A DNA stretch of 29,164 bases. Origin: Thermodesulfobacteriota bacterium (GTDB lineage: Bacteria; Desulfobacterota; Desulfobacteria; Desulfobacterales; SURF-7). Positions 8,766-17,931 of this stretch are shown here, piece after piece. The notes below the pieces were generated by a model that saw only the letters and a program-made list of their open reading frames with translations, was not told the origin of the DNA and made no database searches. Both the position numbers and the translations under genes were made by a program. Position 1 is the first letter of the stretch, and the number at the start of each line of letters is the position of its first letter. The stretch lies in contig JBMORA010000007.1 of assembly GCA_049320885.1 (NCBI GenBank), positions 1 through 29,164 of the forward strand, in the 5' to 3' direction.

Positions 8766-8877
8766 CGGTCAGCTCCTTATTTCTTCCACGCAAAAGTCAA
8801 CGGCAATGGGGGCTGGGGCGATAGCGGAAACCCCGGATTGTCCGCCGGCCTGCCGGGTTGTGCAAATCTTTCTGTAG

Positions 8878-9447
8878 CTATTGTTTTTTCTTTAAACCCT
8901 TGCCGATATTCCATGCCTTGCCGAGATTCTCACCCACAGACCAGTAGTTATTGTCAGGCATTGTTAATGTGAATGGATTTATTTTCTTTATGTCGGGCTT
9001 ATGATCGGTCATATATCTCTCTTCGGTAAAGACTTCTTTCGGTTCACCGATATAAAGCGTATTGAATGGCAATGGAATAGAGTCATATAGGGTGCAGGAT
9101 AAACAAATCGGGCATTCTGTAATCAATGGCGCATTTTTCAATTCACCATAAAAAGTATCGAAAATTTCGGATTTGTCAGTTTTATTTCCCGAAACCAATC
9201 CGCAGTAGTCCGTTTTCTCCATTAAGGACACATCCGGAATATTGATGCTGAATTCGTTGTTTTCATCAATTCCTTTATTGGTATGATGCGGTCCCAGGGC
9301 TACGGCAATTAAAGGCGGCTTGAAATTAACTCTTGAAACCCAACCCACTGCCATAAAATTTGCTTTTTTTCCGACAACAGAACCAACCAGCACCATTGGC
9401 ATGGGGTATACAAAGGCCTCGCTGTTATCAATTTTGATTTTGTCCAT
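8878..9447 (-). CDS. Flavin reductase / flavoredoxin family protein
   Basis: YPMPMVLVG, NFMAVGW, EFSINIP, TDYCGLVSG, APLITECP; visibly more AT-rich than its flanks. Confidence 0.9.
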   Translation of the reverse strand: MDKIKIDNSEAFVYPMPMVLVGSVVGKKANFMAVGWVSRVNFKPPLIAVALGPHHTNKGIDENNEFSINIPDVSLMEKTDYCGLVSGNKTDKSEIFDTFYGELKNAPLITECPICLSCTLYDSIPLPFNTLYIGEPKEVFTEERYMTDHKPDIKKINPFTLTMPDNNYWSVGENLGKAWNIGKGLKKKQ

Positions 9448-9504
9448 AGTTTTTTATTCCTTTTTGTTTGATGTCATGCATAAAATGTCAATGGGCAGGA
9501 TGGG

Positions 9505-9590
9505 GCCGAATGGCCGGCATAACCGGCCGGGAGCCGCTGCAAAGCGACGCGTGGTGCTATTCCCGGTCCCCGTTACGGCCCTGATTCGCA
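9505..9590. repeat. Long imperfect inverted repeat resembling a degenerate integron attC site
   Basis: Nested complementary blocks CGAAT/ATTCG, GGCCG/CGGCC, TAAC/GTTA and CCGGGA/TCCCGG with small bulges; 86 bp. Confidence 0.4.
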
Positions 9591-9617
9591 TGGCAAACCA
9601 CCTCATTATTTCCCGGA

Positions 9618-10382
9618 TCAAAATGCCAGACCCACCGAAACCACGGCATAGTGCAGCCAGGCAAAGTTGTAGACCGCGTCCACATCCGACCCGCCCTCGA
9701 CCGTGCGGTAACCGCCGGCGATACTCCAGCGATCGTCGATGTGATATCTCAATTTGAGAGCAGCATCTTCAGCCCGACCGGCGCCGCCGGCCAAGGCTTC
9801 GAGATCCAGTTCCGCCGTCCATTGAGGGGCGATACGCCAGGTGCCTGCAATGCTCAGCAGCGGCACGAAGCCGACATCGGCCTTTTCCGCAATCATGTCG
9901 CCCTGGTTCAGTCTGATCTTGGCGTCGCGAATGTTTGCCGTGAAGCCGATCCACCACCGCCAGTCTTTGCTGTCATGGAAACGGTAGCGGTAACCAATTC
10001 GCCAGGAGTTGAACTTGTAGGTGAATTTGGTGGGTATGCCAGCGGCAAACTTGCTGCCGACGAAGTCCACGGGCGCGTCTAAAACCCCTGTTTCTGTGAC
10101 GCTCAACGGCGCCAGCAACAAACGCAGGCTGTGTTTTTCTCTGAGGTTCAGGGTGGCGTAGAACCGGGCCGCGGGCCACGGTCCATTGCCCACCGCGTCG
10201 ACCAGGGAGAAGCGGGTGGCAGTGGCGTCGTTGGGAATCTGCACGTCGTTCCGGCTCTGCCAAACCGCGCCGCCTTCCAGTTCCAATAGCATGCCCGGTG
10301 TCGCCGACGAGTCGGCCCCCACGGCCGTTGCGGGTGTGGCCGTGAACAGAAATCCGATAAGAATGAACAGCATCCAATTCAT
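9618..10382 (-). CDS. Outer-membrane beta-barrel protein, unknown function
   Basis: Signal peptide MNWMLFILIGFLFTATPATA, alternating beta-strand pattern rich in aromatic residues, C-terminal VVSVGLAF (terminal Phe); GAGG RBS before 10382. Confidence 0.72.
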   Translation of the reverse strand: MNWMLFILIGFLFTATPATAVGADSSATPGMLLELEGGAVWQSRNDVQIPNDATATRFSLVDAVGNGPWPAARFYATLNLREKHSLRLLLAPLSVTETGVLDAPVDFVGSKFAAGIPTKFTYKFNSWRIGYRYRFHDSKDWRWWIGFTANIRDAKIRLNQGDMIAEKADVGFVPLLSIAGTWRIAPQWTAELDLEALAGGAGRAEDAALKLRYHIDDRWSIAGGYRTVEGGSDVDAVYNFAWLHYAVVSVGLAF

Positions 10383-10608
10383 TATTGCCTCTTTGGTTGG
10401 GATCATGGCTTTCGCATCCATATTTTAACCATTTTATCTTGTCACAGAGATTCATGCAAGCCTTGGCTTCATGGCCTTGGCTTCATGGCGTCCGTTTCAG
10501 CGGCGGCGGGGTCCAGTTACCATCCAAGGAAAAAAAAGGACGGGAATTGCTTCCGAAACTGGCAAAACGAAAACAATCCCCGTCTGTCACCAGCTGGCAT
10601 TGCTGGCA

Positions 10609-11829
10609 CTACATGAATTCCGTCGCTTTGATCAACAGCACTTCATTGACCCCGTCTTCGATCATGCTGGCCCGTGCATCCCGGAATATTTTTTCAATGG
10701 GATATTCCTTTGCCAGACCGTATCCGCCGAATATCTGCATGGCATCGCTGGCCACGTTTGTGGCTGTTTCCGTGGACAAGCACTTGGCGGCAACCGCGTG
10801 GGCCACGGATGGGCTCATGGGGTTAGCCAGGTTATACATGGCCATCCGCCGGGCGTTTGCCCGTGCAGCTTCCACCTGGGTGAACATCTGCATGAGTTTC
10901 AGTTTGATATTTTTGTGTTCAAAAATCCGCATCCCGCCCTGGATGCGCTTTTTGGCATACCGGTAGGCTTCGTCATAGGCAGCCTTTGCCAGGCCCGCAA
11001 ATACAATGGCCATCCCGCCGTTGACATTGGCCAATCCTTTTCCAGCCGTGCTTTTAAGAAAATCCGGATTGGACACCGCCATATACTTTTTGGGAATCCT
11101 TGCATCCTGAAAAATGATCGATCCCTGATTCAGCGGCCGCTGACCCATTTTGTCCAGCGGTTTGCCGCGCGAAATTCCTGGCAGATCCAGAGGGATGATC
11201 GCCAATCCCTGGCCGTCCATGCCTTTTTCCGGATACAGACCCACATGGAGCATTGCATGTGTGGCGATGGTGCCGTTGGAAACCCATTCGGATTTTTCGC
11301 CATTGACGATATATTCATCGCCTTTGAGCACCGCTGTCACGGCAGGCCCGCATTTGGGTTTATTGCCTCCCAGGCTCCAGTCCGATCCATGATCCGGCTC
11401 TGTGATCGCCCAGCACCCGATGAGTGATCCGGTTTTGTCTTCACAGAAATCCCTGGCCATCTGCTGCATGACCGGGGATGGAAACATGGCGGCGGCGTTG
11501 AACGGCAGGCTGGAAACGCCCATGCTGATCGTCAGACCGGCATCCGCGTAACCCAACTGTTCGGTTATCAGGATTGCGGCCATGGGGTCCAGATCTCCTG
11601 CCATTCCGCCAAGGTTTTTGGGAATCTGCAACAGATGCAGATCCATCTCCCGGAATCCTTTGAAGACATCCCACAGAACCGAACCTTTTTTAATTACATC
11701 CTCCGGGTCGCTCATCCGGTCGAGTTCGATCCCTGCCGGCCGCATCACTTCCATGCTGAATTTTTCAACCTCTTTCAGCATCGATTTCGTGTCCTTGGTG
11801 ATATTGATATCGATATTCAGGTATCCCAT
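10609..11829 (-). CDS. Acyl-CoA dehydrogenase family protein
   Basis: CWAITEPDHGSD, VNGEK..WVSNG, KMGQR, YAKKRIQGG, AMQIFGGYG...YPIEKIFRDAR; GGAGG RBS. Confidence 0.92.
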   Translation of the reverse strand: MGYLNIDINITKDTKSMLKEVEKFSMEVMRPAGIELDRMSDPEDVIKKGSVLWDVFKGFREMDLHLLQIPKNLGGMAGDLDPMAAILITEQLGYADAGLTISMGVSSLPFNAAAMFPSPVMQQMARDFCEDKTGSLIGCWAITEPDHGSDWSLGGNKPKCGPAVTAVLKGDEYIVNGEKSEWVSNGTIATHAMLHVGLYPEKGMDGQGLAIIPLDLPGISRGKPLDKMGQRPLNQGSIIFQDARIPKKYMAVSNPDFLKSTAGKGLANVNGGMAIVFAGLAKAAYDEAYRYAKKRIQGGMRIFEHKNIKLKLMQMFTQVEAARANARRMAMYNLANPMSPSVAHAVAAKCLSTETATNVASDAMQIFGGYGLAKEYPIEKIFRDARASMIEDGVNEVLLIKATEFM

Positions 11830-11871
11830 TCGAAGGTCCTCCGATTGTCAGGGATTATTGCCGACCGCATT

Positions 11872-12663
11872 TCATGCCATATCCCATTTGAGAAAAGCAT
11901 ATGGCGAAAATTCCAGTAAACCGACTTCGGCGAGGACCTTGCCGCCAAGCATGGAATTATCGCCTACCGTATAAATACCCCCTATCATTTTTACGACTTC
12001 CACCTCGATCCAGGGGTCATAGTTCGAATGGCTGAAAATGATTTCCGCTTCACCGATTTCCATGATTTTTGGTTTTAGCAAGGTTTCCTGCTTCACCAGC
12101 CGGGGGTCATAGTCGAGCGTGCCGGGTTCCGGTCCTGGAAAATGTTTGAAATTGTAGGAAACTCCTTTTATTATGCCCTCTTCGCCCGTTTCATTGTCAA
12201 GCAGGGTCCCTGCGTCGGGATCATTGGGCTTGCCATTTAGCTCAGCCCTTACCTCCATGAACCGGATGCCTCTCCGTTCCGTCCATCCATGTACGGCGGT
12301 CTCTTTTTTTTCAAAATGGATCGTAGCCATCTTTTTCGGAAAACCGAATATCTCGCGGCCGCCGGCCATGGCGATGTCATTGGTTACCGGCATGGCCAGG
12401 CAGTAATTACCTTCTTCGCCGTCGTATTCGGCCCGGATGAACAGGGCGCTCTCCTTGTAGGTAACATCAAAATTGGTGGCCGGATAATTGGCGACAAAGG
12501 CCATGGCAATGGGGGCATCCGCGGGTTTTAGCGGTGGGGGAATCAGTTTTGCGATGATTTCCGGTTTGGTTTCCCAGAACACCATCAGCATTTCCGCATC
12601 ATAAAAATCCGCCGTTGCTTTGGTATTGGCCATTATGTCTTCAAATGATTTTACAAATCCCAT
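11872..12663 (-). CDS. Acetoacetate decarboxylase (ADC) family protein
   Basis: LIPPPLKP, YKESALF, AGGREIFGFPKK (Schiff-base Lys motif), DPW; start MGFVKS at 12663 with GGAGG RBS. Confidence 0.85.
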   Translation of the reverse strand: MGFVKSFEDIMANTKATADFYDAEMLMVFWETKPEIIAKLIPPPLKPADAPIAMAFVANYPATNFDVTYKESALFIRAEYDGEEGNYCLAMPVTNDIAMAGGREIFGFPKKMATIHFEKKETAVHGWTERRGIRFMEVRAELNGKPNDPDAGTLLDNETGEEGIIKGVSYNFKHFPGPEPGTLDYDPRLVKQETLLKPKIMEIGEAEIIFSHSNYDPWIEVEVVKMIGGIYTVGDNSMLGGKVLAEVGLLEFSPYAFLKWDMA

Positions 12664-12782
12664 GGCATCCTCCCTGGCCGGAATAGCCGGCAGTAAAAGT
12701 TTCCGCCAACGCTCTTCTCCTTGGCAGGTCGCCGTTCCTGCCCCAGGATTCCGAGCTTTCCTACTGAAATTGGAGCGAAATA

Positions 12783-12851
12783 AATTCTGACATTGATTCA
12801 TGTCAGAATTAATAGCAGAAAGATTTGACTTTGACAAGAGTTAATGTCAAA
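12783..12851. promoter_or_regulatory. Two TGACA-N8-TGTCA operators in the divergent adc/tetR intergenic region
   Basis: AATTCTGACAT-tgattc-ATGTCAGAATT (12783-12810, perfect 11-bp arms) and TTTGACA-agagttaa-TGTCAAA (12830-12851). Confidence 0.75.
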
Positions 12852-12860
12852 ATTTATTTC

Positions 12861-13547
12861 ATGAAAACAGATCAACAGTCACGGAAGCGAAAATATGGTG
12901 GAGTTCAGGCGGATTTACGCACAGAAGAGAGAAGACAGAAGATCATTTCGGCTGGACTGGAATCGTTTGGAACCATCGGCTATGCAAAAACGAGCATTAA
13001 GAAGATATGCCTGCTGGCCGGGCTGACCGAACGCTATTTCTATGAGTCTTTTGACTGTAAGGAAGATCTGTTGAGCGCTGTATATCAGACGATCACGGAG
13101 GAATTGATCACCGGGACTGATGAAATTATCCATCACTCTTCCGGCCGTTCCAGGACAACTGCATATGAGGCGCTGAAGCTGTATTTCCGGACATTACAGG
13201 ATGATCCCCGGAAAGCAAGGGTGCTTTTTTTTGAGATACTGGGGGTCAGTCCCCGAATTGATGAGGTGTATCAGAAAGCGATTCAGCAACTCTCGAACAA
13301 CGCCATACGGATATTGAAGTTGGCGTTTCCGGCAATGGATCACCAAAAAGTCCGAAACACGATTTTTCCGGCGGCAATCGCCGGTGCGATCATTCAGGTG
13401 GCAGGCCAGTGGACCCTTAATCATTTTCAGCCGCCCCTGGAAGAGATTCTCGCTCAGATTCAGCAATTATTCGAGCTGATCGAAAAGGTTTACACGGCGG
13501 GTGTTGATCCCGGAGCTCATCCAAAGGGGTCAAGTCTACACTCTTGA
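12861..13547 (+). CDS. TetR/AcrR family transcriptional regulator
   Basis: RKYGGVQADLR...GLESFGTIGY..TSIKKICLLAGLTERYFYESF..KEDLL HTH; divergent from adc/ACAD; stop codon lies inside the 31-bp repeat. Confidence 0.88.
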   Translation: MKTDQQSRKRKYGGVQADLRTEERRQKIISAGLESFGTIGYAKTSIKKICLLAGLTERYFYESFDCKEDLLSAVYQTITEELITGTDEIIHHSSGRSRTTAYEALKLYFRTLQDDPRKARVLFFEILGVSPRIDEVYQKAIQQLSNNAIRILKLAFPAMDHQKVRNTIFPAAIAGAIIQVAGQWTLNHFQPPLEEILAQIQQLFELIEKVYTAGVDPGAHPKGSSLHS

Positions 13548-13582
13548 CATACCAAAGGGGTCAAGTCTACACTCTTGACATA
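13521..13582. repeat. Perfect 31-bp tandem duplication with an internal hairpin
   Basis: CCAAAGGGGTCAAGTCTACACTCTTGACATA x2 (13521-13551, 13552-13582); each unit contains the inverted repeat GTCAAG-N8-CTTGAC. Confidence 0.95.
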
Positions 13583-13674
13583 TGTGAAACAAGACCAAAA
13601 AAAATCAAATTATGGTGGCAATCGGGCCCGACAAGAAATCAGTGCCTATGGACGACAAGTTTACAGGAGGAAAT

Positions 13675-15297
13675 ATGAGCTTTGATGAACGGTTGGACAC
13701 CATTTATCCTCACGAAAACGATGTGCCGGCAGAATACAGGATCGACGCGGTCGACCAGCGGGAATACCTGATCAACGGCGAAATCCGGACATGGGATGGC
13801 CCCCGGCAGGAAGTTCTGTCTCCCATATTCCTTCAAAGCGGCCGCGGTTTGTATCCGAAACAGCTCGGCTGCTACCCGCTGCTGACGGCCGATGAGTCCC
13901 TGGAGGCCTTGGATGCGGCCCGAAAAGCCTACCGGAACGGCTGCGGCGAATGGCCCACCATGACGGTCGAAAAGCGCATCCAGTGTGTCGAAGCCTTCGC
14001 CCGCAAAATGAAGGAGAAGCGCAAGGCGATCGTCAACCTGCTCATGTGGGAAATCTGTAAAAACCATGCCGATGCCTGCAAGGAGTTCGATCGGACCCTG
14101 GACTATATCGCCGACACGGTGAACGCGCTCAAGGAACTGGACCGCATTTCCTCCCGTTTTGTCATCGAGCAGGGCATCATCGGACAGATCCGCCGGGCGC
14201 CCCTGGGGGTGGTATTGTGCATGGGGCCTTTCAATTATCCATTGAATGAGACCTTCACCACGCTGATTCCGGCATTGATCATGGGCAACACCACCATTTT
14301 CAAACCGGCGAAATTCGGGACGCTCTTGTTCCAGCCGCTGCTTTCGGCCTTCCGGGAATCCTTTCCCCCGGGCGTTGTCAATACCCTCTACGGGGAGGGG
14401 CAGGTGGTGATCCCGCCCATCATGGCATCCGGCCATGTCGATGTATTTGCCTTTATCGGCTCGGCAACCGTGGCCAATCTGCTGGAAAAGCAGCATCCAA
14501 AGCCCAATCGCTTGCGCCGGGTCCTGGGGCTGGGCGCCAAAAATCCGGCCATCATCCTGGAAGACGCCGACCTGGACCTGACCGTAAAAGAATGCCTTTT
14601 GGGTACGCTGTCGTATAACGGGCAGCGTTGCACGGCCTTGAAAATTCTGTTTGTTCAGAAGAAGATCGCGGCCGCATTCATCGAGAAGTATTGCGCGGCC
14701 GTATCCAGCCTCAAGATGGGAATGCCCTGGGAAACCGGGGTCCAGATCACCCCGCTCCCGGAAAGCAACAAGACTGACCATATGGCGGCGCTGATTCAGG
14801 ACGCGGTGGCCGGGGGGGCTGACATCATCAACCCCAACGGCGGCAAATCCAATCGCACCATCATGTTTCCGGCGGTCCTGTATCCGGTTACCGGCAAGAT
14901 GAAACTCCATTCGGTGGAACAATTCGGCCCGGTGGTCCCCATCGTGCCGTTTGACGACATCGAGACGCCGATCCAATACCTCATTGATTCCACCGTCGGC
15001 CAGCAAGCCAGCATCTTCGGAAAAAATCCCGATACCATTGGCAAGCTGATCGATCCCCTGGTGAACCAGGTCTGCCGGTTGAACATCAACAGCCAATGCC
15101 AGCGCGGGCCGGATTCGTTTCCCTTCACGGGAAAAAAGGATTCCGCCGAGGGAACGCTTTCCATCAGCGATGCCCTGCGAATATTTTCCATCCGGACCCT
15201 TGTCGCCGCCAAGGCGGAACCGATCAACAAGGAAATCCTTACGGAGGTCGTCCGCGGAAGGAGATCGAATTTTTTGAATACGGATTATATTTTTTGA
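13675..15297 (+). CDS. gapN: NADP-dependent non-phosphorylating glyceraldehyde-3-phosphate dehydrogenase-like ALDH
   Basis: RRAPLGVVLCMGPFNYPLNE, FKPAK, FIGS, catalytic SYNGQRCTA, EQFGPV, QRGPDSFPF; AGGAGG RBS before ATG 13675. Confidence 0.8.
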   Translation: MSFDERLDTIYPHENDVPAEYRIDAVDQREYLINGEIRTWDGPRQEVLSPIFLQSGRGLYPKQLGCYPLLTADESLEALDAARKAYRNGCGEWPTMTVEKRIQCVEAFARKMKEKRKAIVNLLMWEICKNHADACKEFDRTLDYIADTVNALKELDRISSRFVIEQGIIGQIRRAPLGVVLCMGPFNYPLNETFTTLIPALIMGNTTIFKPAKFGTLLFQPLLSAFRESFPPGVVNTLYGEGQVVIPPIMASGHVDVFAFIGSATVANLLEKQHPKPNRLRRVLGLGAKNPAIILEDADLDLTVKECLLGTLSYNGQRCTALKILFVQKKIAAAFIEKYCAAVSSLKMGMPWETGVQITPLPESNKTDHMAALIQDAVAGGADIINPNGGKSNRTIMFPAVLYPVTGKMKLHSVEQFGPVVPIVPFDDIETPIQYLIDSTVGQQASIFGKNPDTIGKLIDPLVNQVCRLNINSQCQRGPDSFPFTGKKDSAEGTLSISDALRIFSIRTLVAAKAEPINKEILTEVVRGRRSNFLNTDYIF

Positions 15298-15614
15298 TGG
15301 AGACTTTTGGCGCACCGAGGGAGTTCGTTGAGAACACACGATACTCCCAAGACCGGAAGGATGCCCTTGCGGCGCTCGATCTAAGCTCCATCGACGAACC
15401 GATCGTGGACATCGTTGCTGGTTTCAATACCCTCCCTCACTGCTTCACGCTGCAGTCCTGCTATGGGCACTTCCTATGCGCTTCCGAACAGAACCTGCAC
15501 TCTCTGGAGCCTATTCCGTGCGATGGAAGACTTCTTATACCAATCTATCGATCTGATGGATTTGTCCGGCTACCCGGCGAACGATTTTTCGTCTCCCTGC
15601 CAGACCGGTCCTAA
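15297..15614 (+). pseudogene. Probably truncated gene with a TYW3-like N-terminal motif
   Basis: TGATG coupling to gapN. SIDEPIVDIVAGFNTLPHCFTLQSCYGH resembles the TYW3-like ID-x-I...N...T-x-SSC-x-G motif. The sequence stops looking natural after HSLEPIP and abuts the convergent ABC permease stop. Confidence 0.5.
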
Positions 15615-15616
15615 CA

Positions 15617-16789
15617 TTACAACTCCCGCAAAGCCGGCGCGATGGGTTTCCGGGCGGCCCGCAGGGCCGGGAAGAACCCGCCGAAAAAGCCCATGAGCAG
15701 GGCGAAGGCCAAGCCTTCGGCCAGGATGCCGGGGGTGATGGAAAAGGCGAAACTCAAGTGGGAAAAGGTCTGCCAGTTGATGGTGGACGCCGTATAGCCG
15801 TGAATGGGCAGGATCAGCATGCCGCCCAGCAGCCCCCCCAGAAAAGCGATGAGCAGGGACTCCATGACAAAGGAAACCACCACGTCGTCCGCACCGAAAC
15901 CGATGGCTCGCAGGGTGGCGATTTCCCGGCTTCTGGCCGATATGGCCGAATACATGGTGTTCAGGGCGCCGAAAACCGCGCCGATGCCCATGACCCCGGC
16001 CACCAGAAAGCCCAGCACGCTGATCAGTTCGGTCACCATGGTGGACTGATCCGCGTAATAGGCGATTTCGCTTTTGACGCTCACCGTCAGACGGGGGTCG
16101 GTACTGAGGGCGTCCTTCAGGACGGATAGGGCTTCCGGGTTGTCCAGGCGGACGGTTACCGACTGAAACAGGTTTTCCGGCCGTTTGTAGGCCTGATTGA
16201 GGACATGGGCGTCGCACCAGACTTCCGAATCAAAGGCGCTGCCGCCGGCGTCGAAGACCCCCACGATGGTCCACTCCCGGCCGCCGAAGGGAATCGACCC
16301 GCCCAGGCGGAAGCCCGCATAGGCATCCCGGGCATGTTTGCCGATGATGAGTTCGGCCAGGCCGGGGGTGAAACGGCGGCCCTCGGATATTTTGACGGAA
16401 TCCCGGACGGTGAGGGCTTCTCCTGACACGCCGCGGATTTGGACGTTGGCGTCCGTGCCGGTGGCTTTGAGGGGCAGTGACGCCACCACCACCACTTCCG
16501 CGCTGATCAGGGGATTCCCGGAGGGGCCCCGGGACACTCCCGGTGCATTACCGATGATGTTGATCTGCTCGAGTTCAATACTGCTTTCCATTTCGGAATT
16601 GGCCCCGCCCCGCAGGATGATGGCGTTTTGCGGCGAACCGGAGGCCACCAGGGTTTCTTCAAATCCCTTGGCCATGGCCAGCATGGCCACGAACACCGCC
16701 ACGACGCCGGCAATGGAAAACAGCGCCACCAGGGTTGCGGTGAACCGCGCCTGGATGCTGCGGACATTGTAGATCAATGGGATGGCCAT
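15617..16789 (-). CDS. MacB/FtsX-type ABC transporter permease
   Basis: Start MAIPLIYNVRS; N-terminal TM, periplasmic domain, NTMYSAISARSREIATLRAIGF, three C-terminal TMs. Confidence 0.9.
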   Translation of the reverse strand: MAIPLIYNVRSIQARFTATLVALFSIAGVVAVFVAMLAMAKGFEETLVASGSPQNAIILRGGANSEMESSIELEQINIIGNAPGVSRGPSGNPLISAEVVVVASLPLKATGTDANVQIRGVSGEALTVRDSVKISEGRRFTPGLAELIIGKHARDAYAGFRLGGSIPFGGREWTIVGVFDAGGSAFDSEVWCDAHVLNQAYKRPENLFQSVTVRLDNPEALSVLKDALSTDPRLTVSVKSEIAYYADQSTMVTELISVLGFLVAGVMGIGAVFGALNTMYSAISARSREIATLRAIGFGADDVVVSFVMESLLIAFLGGLLGGMLILPIHGYTASTINWQTFSHLSFAFSITPGILAEGLAFALLMGFFGGFFPALRAARKPIAPALREL

Positions 16790-16791
16790 GG

Positions 16792-17931
16792 TCAAACCCT
16801 CCTCATGGCGTCGACGATGTTCAGGCGCATGGCCATCAGGGCGGGAATCAAACCTGAAACGAGCCCCACCAGCAGGGTGATCCCGCAACCCCGGGCCACG
16901 GTTTCGCCGGACAGGTAGAAAACCGGTAGCAGGCCGTTGGTGGGATCGCCCAAGAGGGTGAACAGCTTGCAAAGACTCAGTCCCATGGCCCCGCCCAGCA
17001 CGGCGTAGGCCGTGGATTCCGCCAGCACCAGGGCCAGGATTTTTCCCGGACCGAAACCGATGGTTTTCAGAATGGCGATCTCGCCGGTTCTTTCCCGGAC
17101 TGACAGGGACATGTTGCTGCCGGTGACCAGCAGCAGGGTGAAGAGCACCACGACGCCCACCGACAGAATGATCAGCTTGATATTGCCGAACTGCTTGGCG
17201 AACCCGGCCAGGAAGGCTTTTTCCGTTTCCGAGGTGGTCTCAAAGGAGGAATTGGCGAATAGTCCGTCGAGGGCCTTGGCGGTTTCGGTGGCCTTGTCCG
17301 GATCAAGGACGCGCACCGCGTACCAGCCCACAAAATCCTTCTGGAAGGGGGTCCGTTCGTTCAAGTACTCGTAGTGGAACCAGAGTTGGGTGGTGTCGTC
17401 CGCCTGGCGCTTGGCGTCATAAACGCCCTGGATGGTGAAATCCCACACGCCCCTGTAAATGCTGGCCTGGATGGGAATGCGGTCGCCGATCTTCCAGCCG
17501 AAGCGCTCAAAGGTCTTGCGGCCCACGATGCATCCCTGGCGGTCGCCGACAAAAGCCTTCCACTGGTGGTCGGGAATGATGAATTCCGGATACATGGCCC
17601 GATAGGTTTCCGCATCCACGGCGAACTGGGGGAAAAAATTCTTGGGGTCCTGGTAGACGCCGCCGAACCAGGAGGCGAAAGTGACGTCCTGGACGCCCTC
17701 GGCCTGCAGGAGCCGTTGTTTATAGGATATGGGCAGGGGCATGATCAGGGAGGTCTTGTTGCGGACGATCAGCCGGTCGGCGCCGGCCACTTCCACGCCC
17801 TGGTAAAAGGCCGTGTCGATGACGCCCAGCAGGCCGAACAGAAACAGGGCGATGCTGAAGGATCCGACGGTGAGCAGGCTGCGGATTTTTTTCCGGCCGA
17901 GGTTGACCAGCAGCAGGGGCAGATATTTCAT
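16792..17931 (-). CDS. MacB/FtsX-type ABC transporter permease
   Basis: NLGRKKIRSLLT, SVRERTGEIAILKTIGF, C-terminal TMs; ATGA overlap with the ATPase gene. Confidence 0.9.
   Translation of the reverse strand: MKYLPLLLVNLGRKKIRSLLTVGSFSIALFLFGLLGVIDTAFYQGVEVAGADRLIVRNKTSLIMPLPISYKQRLLQAEGVQDVTFASWFGGVYQDPKNFFPQFAVDAETYRAMYPEFIIPDHQWKAFVGDRQGCIVGRKTFERFGWKIGDRIPIQASIYRGVWDFTIQGVYDAKRQADDTTQLWFHYEYLNERTPFQKDFVGWYAVRVLDPDKATETAKALDGLFANSSFETTSETEKAFLAGFAKQFGNIKLIILSVGVVVLFTLLLVTGSNMSLSVRERTGEIAILKTIGFGPGKILALVLAESTAYAVLGGAMGLSLCKLFTLLGDPTNGLLPVFYLSGETVARGCGITLLVGLVSGLIPALMAMRLNIVDAMRRV

Noticed and set aside
5..8972. Antisense ORFs 5..775, 1617..2597, 3103..3795, 6268..7473, 8064..8972
   Set aside because: Each mirrors a well-supported gene on the other strand and has no recognisable protein features.
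10460..10487. 14-bp tandem repeat GCCTTGGCTTCATG x2
   Set aside because: Real but short; most simply a slippage duplication, with no supporting context.
13521..13582. 31-bp palindromic repeat as a CRISPR array
   Set aside because: Only two directly adjacent copies, no spacer, and no cas genes in the window.
13639..15339. 566-aa minus-strand ORF
   Set aside because: Antisense shadow of gapN; typical of GC-rich codon bias and has no motifs.
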